From a virus (lineage: Duplodnaviria > Heunggongvirae > Uroviricota > Caudoviricetes): a stretch of 64,000 nucleotides of DNA. The notes beneath the pieces were generated by a model, which was given only the letters and a program-made list of their open reading frames with translations, had not been told where the DNA came from and did no database searches. Every line of letters begins with the position of its first letter. Within the stretch, counting starts at the first letter, position 1. Below, in pieces: positions 53,061-64,000 of the stretch. The position numbers were made by a program, and so were the translations under genes. The DNA is taken from the IMG/VR virus record IMGVR_UViG_2585427708_000005; one strand, 5' to 3'.

Positions 53061-53077
53061 AAATTTATTAGAGCATT
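53061..53077 (-). promoter_or_regulatory. C1 operator-like site (16/17) at the immI promoter region
   Basis: aaatttattagagcatt upstream of the leftward icd-ant leader. Confidence 0.6.
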
Positions 53078-53146
53078 GTTTGTTTAATAAATGCACAATT
53101 GGATCTAATAACCTCTTTTTTTTAAAGGCGAAAATATGTACCCTAA

Positions 53147-53821
53147 ATGAGTTATAAGGCAGGTGAGGTTATAATGAGAAAACTATTACTACCGTTATTA
53201 TTTATGGCTGGGACTGTTAATGCAGCATCAAGCGTAAAGGAGATTTGTACCGATTATACGAAATACCTTGGGCACGTTTACGGCTTTGCTGTCAGTGAAG
53301 ACGAATCCATGCGCAAGAAGTTACTGTCAGATATGAAGCGCCTTAAACTTTCTGAAGCGATGGTGCAGCAGGAACTGTATAAAGTCTCAACCAACGCAAA
53401 TGCTAAATACCAATATTCTCGCCTATTAAACCCCGATGCAAATGAGATCAATCGAAGCACTTTCGATTATATGGTAAAGGCATGCGAAACCGCTCCTGAT
53501 TTTGCTATCCCTAGCTGGGGTGTGCTGGTGGCGAGCAATGCCGTTAATAAAGAAGATGTTGGAAGAAATGGCATTGACTCAATCAGAAATGCCCCAGGAA
53601 TGCGCCATCAAAACGTGCAGGGTACGCTTGAAGAGCGGGCCAGGGGGCCGGGTACAAACTCCCCAATGGGAAACCTCTCACCAGAGGAATTGCAAGAGTA
53701 TAACCAACGGATGGAGCAGTATGAGAAAGCGGCACGCGAACAAATGGAACAACAAAAGAACGGCTCACTTAATACCTTCCAGCAAGGTTTAAAAGCGCTT
53801 AATTTACCCTATGAATGGTAA
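53147..53821 (+). CDS. Secreted hypothetical protein (signal peptide) carrying a motif shared with Sit
   Basis: 224 aa; signal peptide MRKLLLPLLFMAGTVNA; GMRHQNVQGTLEERARGPGT matches a Sit internal motif. Confidence 0.55.
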   Translation: MSYKAGEVIMRKLLLPLLFMAGTVNAASSVKEICTDYTKYLGHVYGFAVSEDESMRKKLLSDMKRLKLSEAMVQQELYKVSTNANAKYQYSRLLNPDANEINRSTFDYMVKACETAPDFAIPSWGVLVASNAVNKEDVGRNGIDSIRNAPGMRHQNVQGTLEERARGPGTNSPMGNLSPEELQEYNQRMEQYEKAAREQMEQQKNGSLNTFQQGLKALNLPYEW

Positions 53822-53882
53822 ATATATTATGGATAACCAATTAAAATATTGATAATCGTTAATATCCAAAGGAGATAAATTA

Positions 53883-54359
53883 ATGCGCATCAAACGATTT
53901 TTTCTAATTCTTGCTTTGCTTACTCCATTTTCATCAATGGCAAATGTAAGCAAATGGTCAACCGGCGAGACTCATGGTGTTCGTTCTTATGCTGTTTCCA
54001 GCAAAGATAATTATACGCTTACATTTGAGTGCGATGTTGGATTTAATAATACGGATCCCAATCAAGTAGGAACACGACTACTCACTCTCATGAAAACAGA
54101 ACCTGGCGGTGAGTCATTTGATGCTAAAAAAGAACAAATAACGCTGAAAGTTGGTGATGATGAATATCCTATCAGTTCTATCGGTTCCTCTGTTGGTGAT
54201 AGTTACTGGTATGGTTTTTGGTCAGATACCCCTGATATGGAAGTTAAAACATTCGATGCATACGTAGACGGAAAAAAAATCGCAACATTTACGCTACGTA
54301 AGGCCGCAGAGCTTTTCAACGCGGCACCTGAAGATGGCTGCCTGAAGCGCGCAAAATGA
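53883..54359 (+). CDS. Secreted hypothetical protein (signal peptide)
   Basis: 158 aa; N-terminal signal MRIKRFFLILALLTPFSSMA; strong RBS aaggagat. Confidence 0.55.
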   Translation: MRIKRFFLILALLTPFSSMANVSKWSTGETHGVRSYAVSSKDNYTLTFECDVGFNNTDPNQVGTRLLTLMKTEPGGESFDAKKEQITLKVGDDEYPISSIGSSVGDSYWYGFWSDTPDMEVKTFDAYVDGKKIATFTLRKAAELFNAAPEDGCLKRAK

Positions 54360-54393
54360 CCTGTCACAAATGACTACTCGTAGAATCGGTTAA

Positions 54394-54984
<591 letters not shown>

Positions 54985-54994
54985 GGGGGCTGAT

Positions 54995-55606
54995 ATGGGG
55001 CTTAATGTTGCTTCAGTAAAGTCTTATGTATCTTCGGCATTAACGACGACATTATTTGGCTCCGGCGTTGGTGAGCGGGAAGTTGGTAAGCTGACGTCAA
55101 TCATCATGAACAAAATGCTGTTCGCGCAAGGATGGCAGTTCTCTGTCGAAGTTGATGGTCTGGAGGGGGCAGACTTCTTTGCCAAAGACATTACCTACCA
55201 CGATTACAGCATCGAATATGAAACGATTAAAATAGGCGGAGGGAATATCCTTCAGCCAACGGTGCGTTCGCCTGGGCAGATAACAATGATGGTCAGGGAT
55301 ACCGTTGATGGCCTCGTTTTGGACTGGTTTAAGACGGCAAAAGGTCGGGTGATCAATCCGGACGGTACCGGGAATATACCGTCTAAATATTTGCTCAATG
55401 TGCGTATTTATCGGTTGCTGTCCTCCGGTTTAACCAAACTGGAAAATGAGATGACGGTATTCCCGGTCACTACCGGCGATGTCACCTATGCGCGGGATCA
55501 GGTTACGGAATTTAAGTCATTCCCAATGACCTTCGCATTGCACAGCACGTTTAACCAATCCTCAAGTTCTTTAGCTTCCCTTCTGGGCTTTAGTTTTTCT
55601 CTTTGA
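54995..55606 (+). CDS. Putative tail tube-like structural protein
   Basis: 203-aa ORF immediately upstream of the tape-measure region. Confidence 0.4.
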   Translation: MGLNVASVKSYVSSALTTTLFGSGVGEREVGKLTSIIMNKMLFAQGWQFSVEVDGLEGADFFAKDITYHDYSIEYETIKIGGGNILQPTVRSPGQITMMVRDTVDGLVLDWFKTAKGRVINPDGTGNIPSKYLLNVRIYRLLSSGLTKLENEMTVFPVTTGDVTYARDQVTEFKSFPMTFALHSTFNQSSSSLASLLGFSFSL

Positions 55607-55620
55607 ATTAAGGAGCAAGG

Positions 55621-56502
55621 ATGCTTTTACCTCTTTTCCCGCTACCATCGCGGCCAACTGAATTGATCCAGTTCCGTCAGCCAAATATTGCTGATGCGAT
55701 GCGTTTCAACTCGATAACACCGGAGGAACAAGAACAACAGACAACGGCGTATTTAAAAGCCTTGCTGGCTGAACCCGCGAAACATGATCCCCTGACATGG
55801 ACGGCGCAGGATCGGATTACCGCGTTATGGTGGATATTTACCGGCTCCCGTGAAACACCGGTCGAGACATTCACCTACACCTGTAAACATTGCGGTAAAG
55901 AGCATTATTACGATTGCGATATGAATGCTCTGGCTGAAGATATCCAGGTCCTGGAAGTGGAACCGTTCATTGACGATATTGAGGTGTCTGTAGAGGGAGT
56001 GCCTTATCAATGGCGTATCGTGCCGCTTGATGGCTGGGCAATGGAAATGCTGGAGATGCGCCGTGCTGCATTGCCACCTGAAGACGACGCGGAATTCAAA
56101 GAAGCGATCGTTGATTTGCGTTTTTGGGAATTCGCTTATCAGTGTGAGCTTTATAACGATGTTAGCGGTACTCGTGAAGATCAGGCTGAGCGTCGTTATG
56201 AAACGATTAAACGGATGGCCATTGATACTGAATTTATGAAGCTGGCGGCACACATCCGACTGGCTCATGAAAAGCTCGAACATGGTTTACCGTGCTACAT
56301 CGATAAAGGTGAAATGCGTCTTCGTCTCCCGCCGCATAAATGCCCAAATCAGGATAAAAAGGAGTCCACAGAGGGTGCATATACCCGTCTGTGGGTGCCC
56401 TTTCGGGCTACCGACTTCATTCCACAGGTGGGGATTGAAAAGCTATCAGACCTTAGTGTCCAACCTGGTTTTGTATGGGGGTATACCGATTCAGGACGCT
56501 GA
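55621..56502 (+). CDS. Hypothetical tail-assembly-region protein with Cys cluster
   Basis: 293 aa; CKHCGKEHYYDCD motif. Confidence 0.45.
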   Translation: MLLPLFPLPSRPTELIQFRQPNIADAMRFNSITPEEQEQQTTAYLKALLAEPAKHDPLTWTAQDRITALWWIFTGSRETPVETFTYTCKHCGKEHYYDCDMNALAEDIQVLEVEPFIDDIEVSVEGVPYQWRIVPLDGWAMEMLEMRRAALPPEDDAEFKEAIVDLRFWEFAYQCELYNDVSGTREDQAERRYETIKRMAIDTEFMKLAAHIRLAHEKLEHGLPCYIDKGEMRLRLPPHKCPNQDKKESTEGAYTRLWVPFRATDFIPQVGIEKLSDLSVQPGFVWGYTDSGR

Positions 56503-56583
56503 AAGGCTTACTGAATCCTATGCGTTTTTCCTGTTGGAGAAACTGGAAGAAAAACTTAAACCGAAACGGTAGGCGATAAGATC

Positions 56584-59500
56584 ATGGAAAGAAAAAACGC
56601 CAACATTGACGATGTTATAAGGACAGTTGAAACCGCCAGCGCAAAAGAGCTGGAAGAGCTTGCAGGTATCCGGGAAGCTGTTGAAGATTTGAAAGGGGGA
56701 CGCGTTGCAACTGTTGATCCTGTCTCTCGCAGTGTGTCGGCATTAAATCGCACAATCGAAAATTCCCGGCCAGACTTTGTGGCCAATGCGCCATCAGTGG
56801 ACCCTATTGTTGAGGCAATGAAACGGCTTAATTTAGGGGACGTTCCTCGTGTAGTTCAGGAGGATGTTGCTCTACAGGAACCGCAGGCCAAATCAACTAC
56901 GCGAAAGGGTAAAAAACGAGGCAGGAAGGCTATAACAGAAGATGTAAAGGCGCAACGGACCGAAGCAGCCGAACACGCCCGCGAAATGTTCGGTCAAAAA
57001 GGCGGTACGCAAAAAAGCCAAAACCAACGCGATGCGCGTGGTCGTTTTATTGGAAAGTCAGGGAGTAAGGCCGCAGCGGAAGATGCCCGTGCTGAACGCG
57101 CTGAAAAGACCAGGCGCAAAGAGGATGATGAGCGTCTAAATGCTGAATCAGGTTTATTAAAAAAACTGTCAAAAGTAGCTGAAGGTATAGGTAACCCTTC
57201 AGAGACTCGTGCCGTCGATGCTTTAGGTTATGCCGTTGCTGGCCCATTGTGGGCAGCGGGAAAAGAGCTTGGCGGGATATCAAAAGAAGTTGGCGGATCG
57301 CTTAATGGTGCCAGAAAGTCTATTGCCGATGTGATTCGTGGCAATGACGATAACAGCCGTAAAAAAGGTTTTTTTAGGCGTAAATCGCAAAGTAGTGCCG
57401 ATGTCGTTCAGGTTAACACCCAAAAACGGACGGTTCAGGAACTTCAGGATCAGACCAGCGAAATTAAAGAGGGCAATGACAAGATTCTCAGCGCCCTTGA
57501 TCAGATAGCCAAAAACACCGGGAAAAAGAAGGGCGGCTTGCTGTCCAAATTATTTAGCCTGTTAGGGAAGGGGGCCGGTGGTATTGCCTCCCTTATTTTT
57601 GGCCGTGGGGCACTAAAGAAAGTTGGCTCGATGGCACTCGGCGCTTTAGGTATTAAGGGGGTAGGGAAACTAGGGATTAAGGCGGTCGCAAAAGGCGCTT
57701 TACGTGCAATTCCGCTAGTCGGCACGGTGGCTGGAGGTATCTATGATGCGGTAACCGGTTGGAATGATATAGAAGCGCAACGCCGAGCGTTTGGGCTTAA
57801 ATCAGGACAAGATCCATCATTCCAGCAAAAAGCCGCTTATACGTTAGCTAATGTTCTTGATATGGGGGGACTGGTATCTGGTATTAGCAGCGCCATTGGT
57901 GAGGTTCTCAAATCACTTGGATTTGAGGATATCGGCAATATGTTGCAATCATTTTCGACGGAAAGTATTGCCCAGGCCATTGATAGCGGGGTTACCAACT
58001 TAGAAACATATATTTCTAATCTTGGCGACACCATTTCTACCAAGTTCGATGATTATACAGCAAAGATTGGTGATGCTATTTCTGCATGGTTCAGTGACAC
58101 CACAAAGAATCTGAACGAAAAATTAGACGCCATCAAAAACTTCTTTACTGTCGATAACCTGAAACAGGTTTTCAGTGATGCAATTGATAGTGCAATTGAT
58201 TTCATTAAGAATCCTGGGAAATACATTAAAGAGGCTGGCAGTAATCTATGGAGTGCCGCAAAAGAGCTTTCAGGTGAGGTTGCAGATGCCGCTGTTCAGA
58301 GCACCCCTGTGGCCTGGGTTGCATCAAAGCTAGTCAACAAAGCGGATGCGAAAGAGGTTACACCTGAATTAAAAACACCAGCTAAAGAAAGTCAGGAGGA
58401 CAATGCTCCTAAGACTGAATATACCCCTAAAAAGGCTAATATTGTCACTCGTGTTGTAAATGCATCCCTAGATACGGCGAAAGATAGCAATAAAACAGTT
58501 AAAGAAACTGCCAATCAGATTATCAATGCAAATGCCGTAGAAACGGGCAATCGCGCGTTGCAGAAAATTGATAATGCTATTGGTCAAAATAGCTCATCAT
58601 CATCGTCGCTTAATACTACTGGCACCAGGAATGACATTCAGAAAGCTGCGGATACCTACAACAATGGCAACTTAGATGTAAAAGTCGGAAGCCTTGGCGC
58701 TGAAGGTAAGGCAAATCTCGATAAGTTGGCTCCGTATTTTGCTGAACTAGAGAATAAATATGGCCTTCCTGAAGGTACTCTTTACGCGATCGCTGCAACT
58801 GAATCTGGTGGTGATCCTAACGCAAAATCTACGCTTACAAGATCACCAAATGGAAAGCTAAGTGGTGGCGCTCTCGGAATGTTCCAGTTTACGAGCGTTG
58901 CTCGTGAGGAAACTGGATTATCCCGGGAAGATTCTTTTAATCCGGAAAAATCGGCAGAAGCTGCGGCTCTTCTCATGAGCAAGTATCTGAAGCAAGCCAA
59001 TGGAGACTTAAACGAGGCCATCACTGCATATAACGCTGGGTTTGGCACTATCAATAAGTGGAAAAAAGGCACAGGTGACTTATCGAAAGAAAACCGTGAG
59101 TACGCGATCAAGGTCAATACTCATCGTGCTCGCTATTTGGGTGGTGAAATCTATACACCTGGAGCAGGAGCACAGGGTGGGGCGCAATATGGAGTGAGGG
59201 GACCACTGCCTGATAACGCCGTTATCGATCAGTCTACTGGCCTGGCGTTTACCCCTGGTGATAGCCCGTTTGAGAAAGGCGGTCTGGTAGACAAAATCGG
59301 CAATGCTGTTGGCGTTAACGATCTGGTCAACAAATTCATGAATGGCCGGGGGATGCGTCGGGAAGTCGTTCAGGGAACCCTCGAAGAACGTGCACGAGGA
59401 AGGGGAACCGCAACGGCAGCTGGCAATGTGTATGTTGATACACCTATGCCAGTTGAAGAGGCACGTCCGGTAGCAAACAACTCAAGTTACTTTGACCAAC

Positions 59501-59916
59501 TCGGTGCACAAATGGGGATTGATGGGCTGTATGACAAACTCATTAATGCCCGGGGAATGCGCTCAAATAATTCTCCTCAACCAGCCTCCACGTCCCAGGT
59601 GACGACTGCCGCCAACGATTTGCAGCAACCAACCGGTCGTATGCAGATAGACGGACAGGTTATTAGTGACCTTGGCGGCTCCGGTGCCAAGCCGACAATG
59701 CAGTTGGCTGATAATACCGTTTCACTTGATGGTGAAACGAAGCGGCTGTTTGCGCAGATGACCTCATTGCTTGCCAGGATTGAAGAGCACACTAAAGACT
59801 CGGCGAAAGGCCAGGGAACTGTCGTAAAGGTCAGCACGCCTCAACCGGGCGTTATGCGCACGGTGCCACTGTCAATTGATGATCCGTTGATGAATGACTA
59901 CGCGAGAGTTGATTGA
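56584..59916 (+). CDS. sit: Tape-measure / injection protein with lytic transglycosylase (SLT) domain
   Basis: 1110 aa; Gly-rich hydrophobic segment (GALKKVGSMALGALGIKGVG); SLT motifs ATESGGDPNA...GMFQF...AYNAG. Confidence 0.85.
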   Translation: MERKNANIDDVIRTVETASAKELEELAGIREAVEDLKGGRVATVDPVSRSVSALNRTIENSRPDFVANAPSVDPIVEAMKRLNLGDVPRVVQEDVALQEPQAKSTTRKGKKRGRKAITEDVKAQRTEAAEHAREMFGQKGGTQKSQNQRDARGRFIGKSGSKAAAEDARAERAEKTRRKEDDERLNAESGLLKKLSKVAEGIGNPSETRAVDALGYAVAGPLWAAGKELGGISKEVGGSLNGARKSIADVIRGNDDNSRKKGFFRRKSQSSADVVQVNTQKRTVQELQDQTSEIKEGNDKILSALDQIAKNTGKKKGGLLSKLFSLLGKGAGGIASLIFGRGALKKVGSMALGALGIKGVGKLGIKAVAKGALRAIPLVGTVAGGIYDAVTGWNDIEAQRRAFGLKSGQDPSFQQKAAYTLANVLDMGGLVSGISSAIGEVLKSLGFEDIGNMLQSFSTESIAQAIDSGVTNLETYISNLGDTISTKFDDYTAKIGDAISAWFSDTTKNLNEKLDAIKNFFTVDNLKQVFSDAIDSAIDFIKNPGKYIKEAGSNLWSAAKELSGEVADAAVQSTPVAWVASKLVNKADAKEVTPELKTPAKESQEDNAPKTEYTPKKANIVTRVVNASLDTAKDSNKTVKETANQIINANAVETGNRALQKIDNAIGQNSSSSSSLNTTGTRNDIQKAADTYNNGNLDVKVGSLGAEGKANLDKLAPYFAELENKYGLPEGTLYAIAATESGGDPNAKSTLTRSPNGKLSGGALGMFQFTSVAREETGLSREDSFNPEKSAEAAALLMSKYLKQANGDLNEAITAYNAGFGTINKWKKGTGDLSKENREYAIKVNTHRARYLGGEIYTPGAGAQGGAQYGVRGPLPDNAVIDQSTGLAFTPGDSPFEKGGLVDKIGNAVGVNDLVNKFMNGRGMRREVVQGTLEERARGRGTATAAGNVYVDTPMPVEEARPVANNSSYFDQLGAQMGIDGLYDKLINARGMRSNNSPQPASTSQVTTAANDLQQPTGRMQIDGQVISDLGGSGAKPTMQLADNTVSLDGETKRLFAQMTSLLARIEEHTKDSAKGQGTVVKVSTPQPGVMRTVPLSIDDPLMNDYARVD

Positions 59917-60272
59917 TGGCCAACAATAACGAAATTGATCCTTTACTGACGCTGGAGTTATCCGGCGTAAAAACGTATGAGTCCCAGGAGGAGGCCTGGG
60001 GCGCTCGTTTATATGAGTGGCTGAACACTTATCAGGGTGAGGTATACGGAGATCCGTCATGGGGCAATGTTTTACCGCAGTTTAAACACGAACCGACCAA
60101 CTTGTCGCATGTTCAAATTGCGGTTGAGGCAATGCTGTTGCAAAAACTGACGGTAGATTTACCTGACATACCGATTTCTGGCTTGTCAGTAGCCGAGGGA
60201 GATGCTTTTGATAAGTTGAAAATATCCATTCGTATCAGGGATATAACTATCACACAGGACGTGGTGCTATGA
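59913..60272 (+). CDS. Putative baseplate/tail protein
   Basis: 119 aa; 4-nt overlaps with flanking genes. Confidence 0.45.
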   Translation: MMANNNEIDPLLTLELSGVKTYESQEEAWGARLYEWLNTYQGEVYGDPSWGNVLPQFKHEPTNLSHVQIAVEAMLLQKLTVDLPDIPISGLSVAEGDAFDKLKISIRIRDITITQDVVL

Positions 60273-61702
60273 GTAAAACAACACCGACTAAAGACAGTAT
60301 TCGTGCAGAGTTTGAAGAGCTTGTCGAGAAAGATTCATTCTGGTCGAAGTTTGTCGGCTCTCAATTTGTCTCGATGCTGACATTGTTTATTACCCAGATT
60401 GTCTACAGGTGCTTTCAGTATGCCGATGCGGCGCTGGCTGAAGGCTTTATATCGACCGCGACGCGGCGTTCCTCTATCCTGGCAGCGGCAGAAACGAATA
60501 GTTACGTTGGTACCAAGCCAACACCGTCATCGGGGATGATTGAGATCACCGCCACAAGTGAAGATGCCCCAGCGGTAATCCCCAAAAACATGCCTTTAAT
60601 ATCTGACGACCAGTACCCTTACATGACTATGGATGTATGCAGGTTGGTTGACGGCACCGGTACGGTAGAAGTGGCACAGTTGGAAATCCAGGAGGTGACA
60701 TATACCGTTACGGCAGCCAAAGAATTTCTGGAAGTCGTGTTATCAAAGGCTCTCACTGCTGTCTGCTATAAGCTGGAAGTATTCGTGACGACCGATGGTA
60801 AGACCACGCAGTGGTCTTCCAGCACTATGTTCCGGTTAGCCGGTAGTAAAAGCCAGGTCTACGTTGAGTTTTATAAACCATCCGAGCAGTTGGGGGTTCG
60901 ATTCGGCGATGGGCTAATTGGGCAAATACCGCCAGAAGGCTCGACCATTACGCTTAAGGTATGGTGCACCAACGGCGATATAACCCTGGTTGCTGGCCAA
61001 AACCTGACGCCTGTCGATTCTGCGGCTAATTTAGCTAATTTGATTTCAGTTAAGACAACGACACCTATAACCGCAGGTACCGATGCCGAAACAACGGAGA
61101 TCACACGTAACCGTGCACAATATTACCTTGCCTATGATGATCAGGTCGTATGGGGCGGGGACTATACGTATTTTCTGGTGCGTAACATCCCGGGACTGTC
61201 ATGGGTAAAGGCATGGGGCGAAGGCCAGCAAGAGAAATTAGATGGTGCTTATAATGTTCGGAATATCAATAAGATATTTATTTCAGGGTGGCATCCAAAT
61301 AAAAGCCAGTCAGAGCTTGAAGAAATGATCCTGGCTGCCTTTAAGAAGGTGCCGAATGAGTTGAACAAGAAATTCTCGTATAAAGAGGTCAGAAAACTCC
61401 CCTTTAAGATCACCATCACTGGGCGGATATCGGCAAGCCTGACCATTGAGAATGTGACCGATGAGCTGAAGTCGGCACTGGAAACAAAATTTGGGCGCGA
61501 CTCAACTTTCTTTGATCCGAACCGCGTCGGGAAGTACATCCTGATTAAGAAAAAAGACGTTTGGGCGTTTATCGAAACGCTGGGTTATTTCCGCGACTTT
61601 TATCTGGAATTTGTCGAGTGGAATGAGTCCAACGGCTTTTACGATTTCGTTTATCTGGATACAGAAAACTCCACCTTTAATATTTCGTATGAGGAGGAGT
61701 GA
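60269..61702 (+). CDS. Putative baseplate protein
   Basis: 477 aa in the tail operon. Confidence 0.5.
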   Translation: MSKTTPTKDSIRAEFEELVEKDSFWSKFVGSQFVSMLTLFITQIVYRCFQYADAALAEGFISTATRRSSILAAAETNSYVGTKPTPSSGMIEITATSEDAPAVIPKNMPLISDDQYPYMTMDVCRLVDGTGTVEVAQLEIQEVTYTVTAAKEFLEVVLSKALTAVCYKLEVFVTTDGKTTQWSSSTMFRLAGSKSQVYVEFYKPSEQLGVRFGDGLIGQIPPEGSTITLKVWCTNGDITLVAGQNLTPVDSAANLANLISVKTTTPITAGTDAETTEITRNRAQYYLAYDDQVVWGGDYTYFLVRNIPGLSWVKAWGEGQQEKLDGAYNVRNINKIFISGWHPNKSQSELEEMILAAFKKVPNELNKKFSYKEVRKLPFKITITGRISASLTIENVTDELKSALETKFGRDSTFFDPNRVGKYILIKKKDVWAFIETLGYFRDFYLEFVEWNESNGFYDFVYLDTENSTFNISYEEE

Positions 61703-62538
61703 TGCAGCGTTCCTGGTTTAATAACCGGCTTACATCAGCTAAGCAAAAGTCATTGCTCTATAAATCATTGGCTGATTTGGTTCAGTCAATGATGGACACC
61801 TTTGTTGACCCATGGTTGGAGCGAATTACCAACCGGAAGTCTATTTTCTCCATGAGCAAGGAGGATCTGGAGACCAGGACAAATGAACTTGGCCAGTTCT
61901 TTACTATCAGAACCTCGGACTCATCTTCCGTTCCGATGTTGTTACAACAGCGGCTTGATGAGATCCACTTTAAGGGAACTGAACGTCCTATAAACCAGAC
62001 AATTTACCGCGAATTTAACGGTATTTCTGTTTTATGGGATCCGATATATGCACCGGTGGACCTTGAGCGTCATCCCTATGGCACAGTTCTAATACCAGAA
62101 AGCACATTGGAGACTACCGGCGGCACATTCGGCGAGATGTTTCTGACTTCCAGAGGGATGATCAGTATTCCCATAAACGACCTGGCCCGGACAATGGGTA
62201 TTACTGGCACGATAGATCAGTCCGCAATTACAGAAGAAATTCTCAGAAAGTTTAATCAGTTCGTAAAGCCTCTACTGCCACTGCATATAGTGTTTGATGG
62301 GCTTACGCTCTATTTGTCGGTTGTTGTAAATGAACAGGCCGACATGATCACTTTGAACGAGATTTCTGATACCGAAAAAGCATTCTGCTGGTTTGAAACT
62401 TCGGATACAACTTCGCTTACTGGAGTTACGTCGATTAGCGCCCCGATCACCGCAACGCCTGGTGGCACTATTGTGAAAGCGACACCTACGTTTGATCGCA
62501 CCCGCGCAGATGATTTGTTGCTGGATAGCGACGCCTGA
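61699..62538 (+). CDS. Putative baseplate/tail protein
   Basis: 279-aa ORF. Confidence 0.45.
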   Translation: MMQRSWFNNRLTSAKQKSLLYKSLADLVQSMMDTFVDPWLERITNRKSIFSMSKEDLETRTNELGQFFTIRTSDSSSVPMLLQQRLDEIHFKGTERPINQTIYREFNGISVLWDPIYAPVDLERHPYGTVLIPESTLETTGGTFGEMFLTSRGMISIPINDLARTMGITGTIDQSAITEEILRKFNQFVKPLLPLHIVFDGLTLYLSVVVNEQADMITLNEISDTEKAFCWFETSDTTSLTGVTSISAPITATPGGTIVKATPTFDRTRADDLLLDSDA

Positions 62539-62616
62539 CAATCACCCCGTCCGCAGGGCGGGGTGACAAGTTACTTCTCTTACAATGAGGCTTCACAACA
62601 GTGATTAGGGAAAATC

Positions 62617-63051
62617 ATGTCTGACGTCTCAACAAACCTCTATAAGAGTCAGTTGTTGGACTATTACTATCAGCGGCGCGCTGAATCGTCCATTAACAAA
62701 GGCTCTCGATTTTTAATCAGCAAGGCCGTTTTCGGTACCAGTTCTCTGGTTACTAAGAAAGGAGATGGCACTTATGAGATTGGAGAACTGCCAAAGGCTT
62801 TCGATCTGGCAGAACTGACCAGCCAATTTTGTACCATCAACCTCGTGCCAACCTACTCAGGTGGGATAATTACTGTCCGAATGGACCTTGATCAAAGCCA
62901 GTTGCAGGAAGGGAAAAACTACCCATTCAACACTCTGGTTGTTCTGGATAACGAGAACAAGCCAATCGCCATTATTTGTGTCCAGGAAGACTCGCTGTAT
63001 GTGGGCAAAACATATACCGCAGTTATGGCCATAAACACGACTACAGCATAA
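62617..63051 (+). CDS. Putative tail-fibre-associated structural protein
   Basis: 144-aa ORF immediately upstream of the tail-fibre gene. Confidence 0.4.
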   Translation: MSDVSTNLYKSQLLDYYYQRRAESSINKGSRFLISKAVFGTSSLVTKKGDGTYEIGELPKAFDLAELTSQFCTINLVPTYSGGIITVRMDLDQSQLQEGKNYPFNTLVVLDNENKPIAIICVQEDSLYVGKTYTAVMAINTTTA

Positions 63052-63062
63052 GGATATGCTTG

Positions 63063-64000
63063 ATGAATGACGTTACAGTTGTTACATCGGTTACTTACCC
63101 ATCACCCGAGTCGTTGGCTCTGGTTGCTGATGTGCAATACCACGAACCATATCTGTCAGCCGCGCTAAACCGAAAATTCAGGGGGATTGTTGACCCGGGA
63201 TTTTATGCCGGTTTCTTACCTAAGCCTGGCGGTGGGATGAACCTGTTAATCACCTCAGTGGATGGAGATAAAACCGCAGGCGCGGCGTCGGTGGATATTG
63301 GTGAATTCTACCAGGTAACTATTCAGCAACGTACGGATATTCCTCTTGCACTTAGTGCAGGCAAGAAATATGCAATTGTGCTGAAGGGAAGATACCTCCT
63401 TGGAGAGGATACCTATCAGGTTAATACCGCGTCACATATTCATGCGGCTGAATTTGTTACCAGAACCTATACCGATTCATATCAGTTAGGAGATGGGGAG
63501 CTGCTTGTTTGTACGGTGAATATCCCTGCTGGAGTATCAGCCATTACCCAGGAGATGATTGATACATCCGAGCGTATTAACCGCACGATCGGCATTGATA
63601 TCTCAGACTCTGTAACCAGTAGCAGAAGTGATGTTGCTGCAAGTTCGCTGGCAGTTAAAAAAGCCTACGATCTGGCGAACAGTAAGTATACGGCGCAGGA
63701 TGCAAGCACAACGCAAAAGGGATTAGTTCAGCTCAGTAGCGAAACTAACAGCGACAGCGAAACAATGGCGGCTACCCCTAAAGCCGTTAAGTCTGTAAAA
63801 GATCTTGCTGATACCAAAGCGCCAATAGAAAGCCCGAGTCTGACAGGAACGCCAACCGCGCCGACGGCAGCGCAAGGTACAAATAGCACGCAGATCGCAA
63901 ATACAGCCTTTGTTAAGGCAGCTATAACGGCACTTATCAACGGTGCACCTGGCACACTGGATACGCTTAAAGAAATAGCTGCTGCGATCAATAACGACCC
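63063..64000 (+). CDS. S: Tail fibre protein, N-terminal part (runs off the window end)
   Basis: Conserved tail-fibre N-terminal motif KGLVQLSSETNSDSETMAATPKAVKSV...GTNSTQIANTAFV; RBS aagga; no stop before 64000. Confidence 0.85.
   Translation, partial: MNDVTVVTSVTYPSPESLALVADVQYHEPYLSAALNRKFRGIVDPGFYAGFLPKPGGGMNLLITSVDGDKTAGAASVDIGEFYQVTIQQRTDIPLALSAGKKYAIVLKGRYLLGEDTYQVNTASHIHAAEFVTRTYTDSYQLGDGELLVCTVNIPAGVSAITQEMIDTSERINRTIGIDISDSVTSSRSDVAASSLAVKKAYDLANSKYTAQDASTTQKGLVQLSSETNSDSETMAATPKAVKSVKDLADTKAPIESPSLTGTPTAPTAAQGTNSTQIANTAFVKAAITALINGAPGTLDTLKEIAAAINND

Noticed and set aside
57047-59837. Minus-strand ORFs of 60 to 111 aa inside sit
   Set aside because: They are antisense to a continuous 1110-aa frame with tape-measure and transglycosylase motifs.

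Overview
This window reads as a large segment of a P1-like temperate phage-plasmid (Punavirus-type) from an enterobacterial host, not a chromosomal region. Left to right: packaging genes pacB/pacA with the pac site inside pacA, lpa, the phd-doc addiction module and humD with a LexA box; a ~14 kb block of leftward small accessory genes (Toprim protein, Ea22-like paralogs, HAD and Ser/Thr phosphatases, GSGPS Rossmann paralogs, VRR-NUC, TraR-like); baseplate genes; dbn-ban (DnaB-like helicase); four tRNAs and upl-plp; a bifunctional C5/N6A DNA methyltransferase (dmt) interrupted by a 341-aa intein; hrdC; a PAAR-like gene and spanins; the plasmid replicon (oriR-repA-incA) and parA-parB-parS; head and sheath genes; the lytic replicon kilA-repL; immI (icd-ant); and tail genes (sit tape measure, 5' end of the tail-fibre gene). 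Ten copies of a 17-bp C1-repressor-operator-like motif precede the leftward operons. The most notable item is the homing-endonuclease-containing intein inserted at the catalytic Pro-Cys motif of the C5-methyltransferase domain. Other candidates for non-canonical content are a GIY-YIG-like ORF between incA and parA, an AT-rich islet with a DUF3800-like two-gene cassette, a possible glycosylation/phosphatase gene cluster, and an extra tRNA-Tyr. All calls rest on reading the sequence and recalled family motifs; no database search was run.
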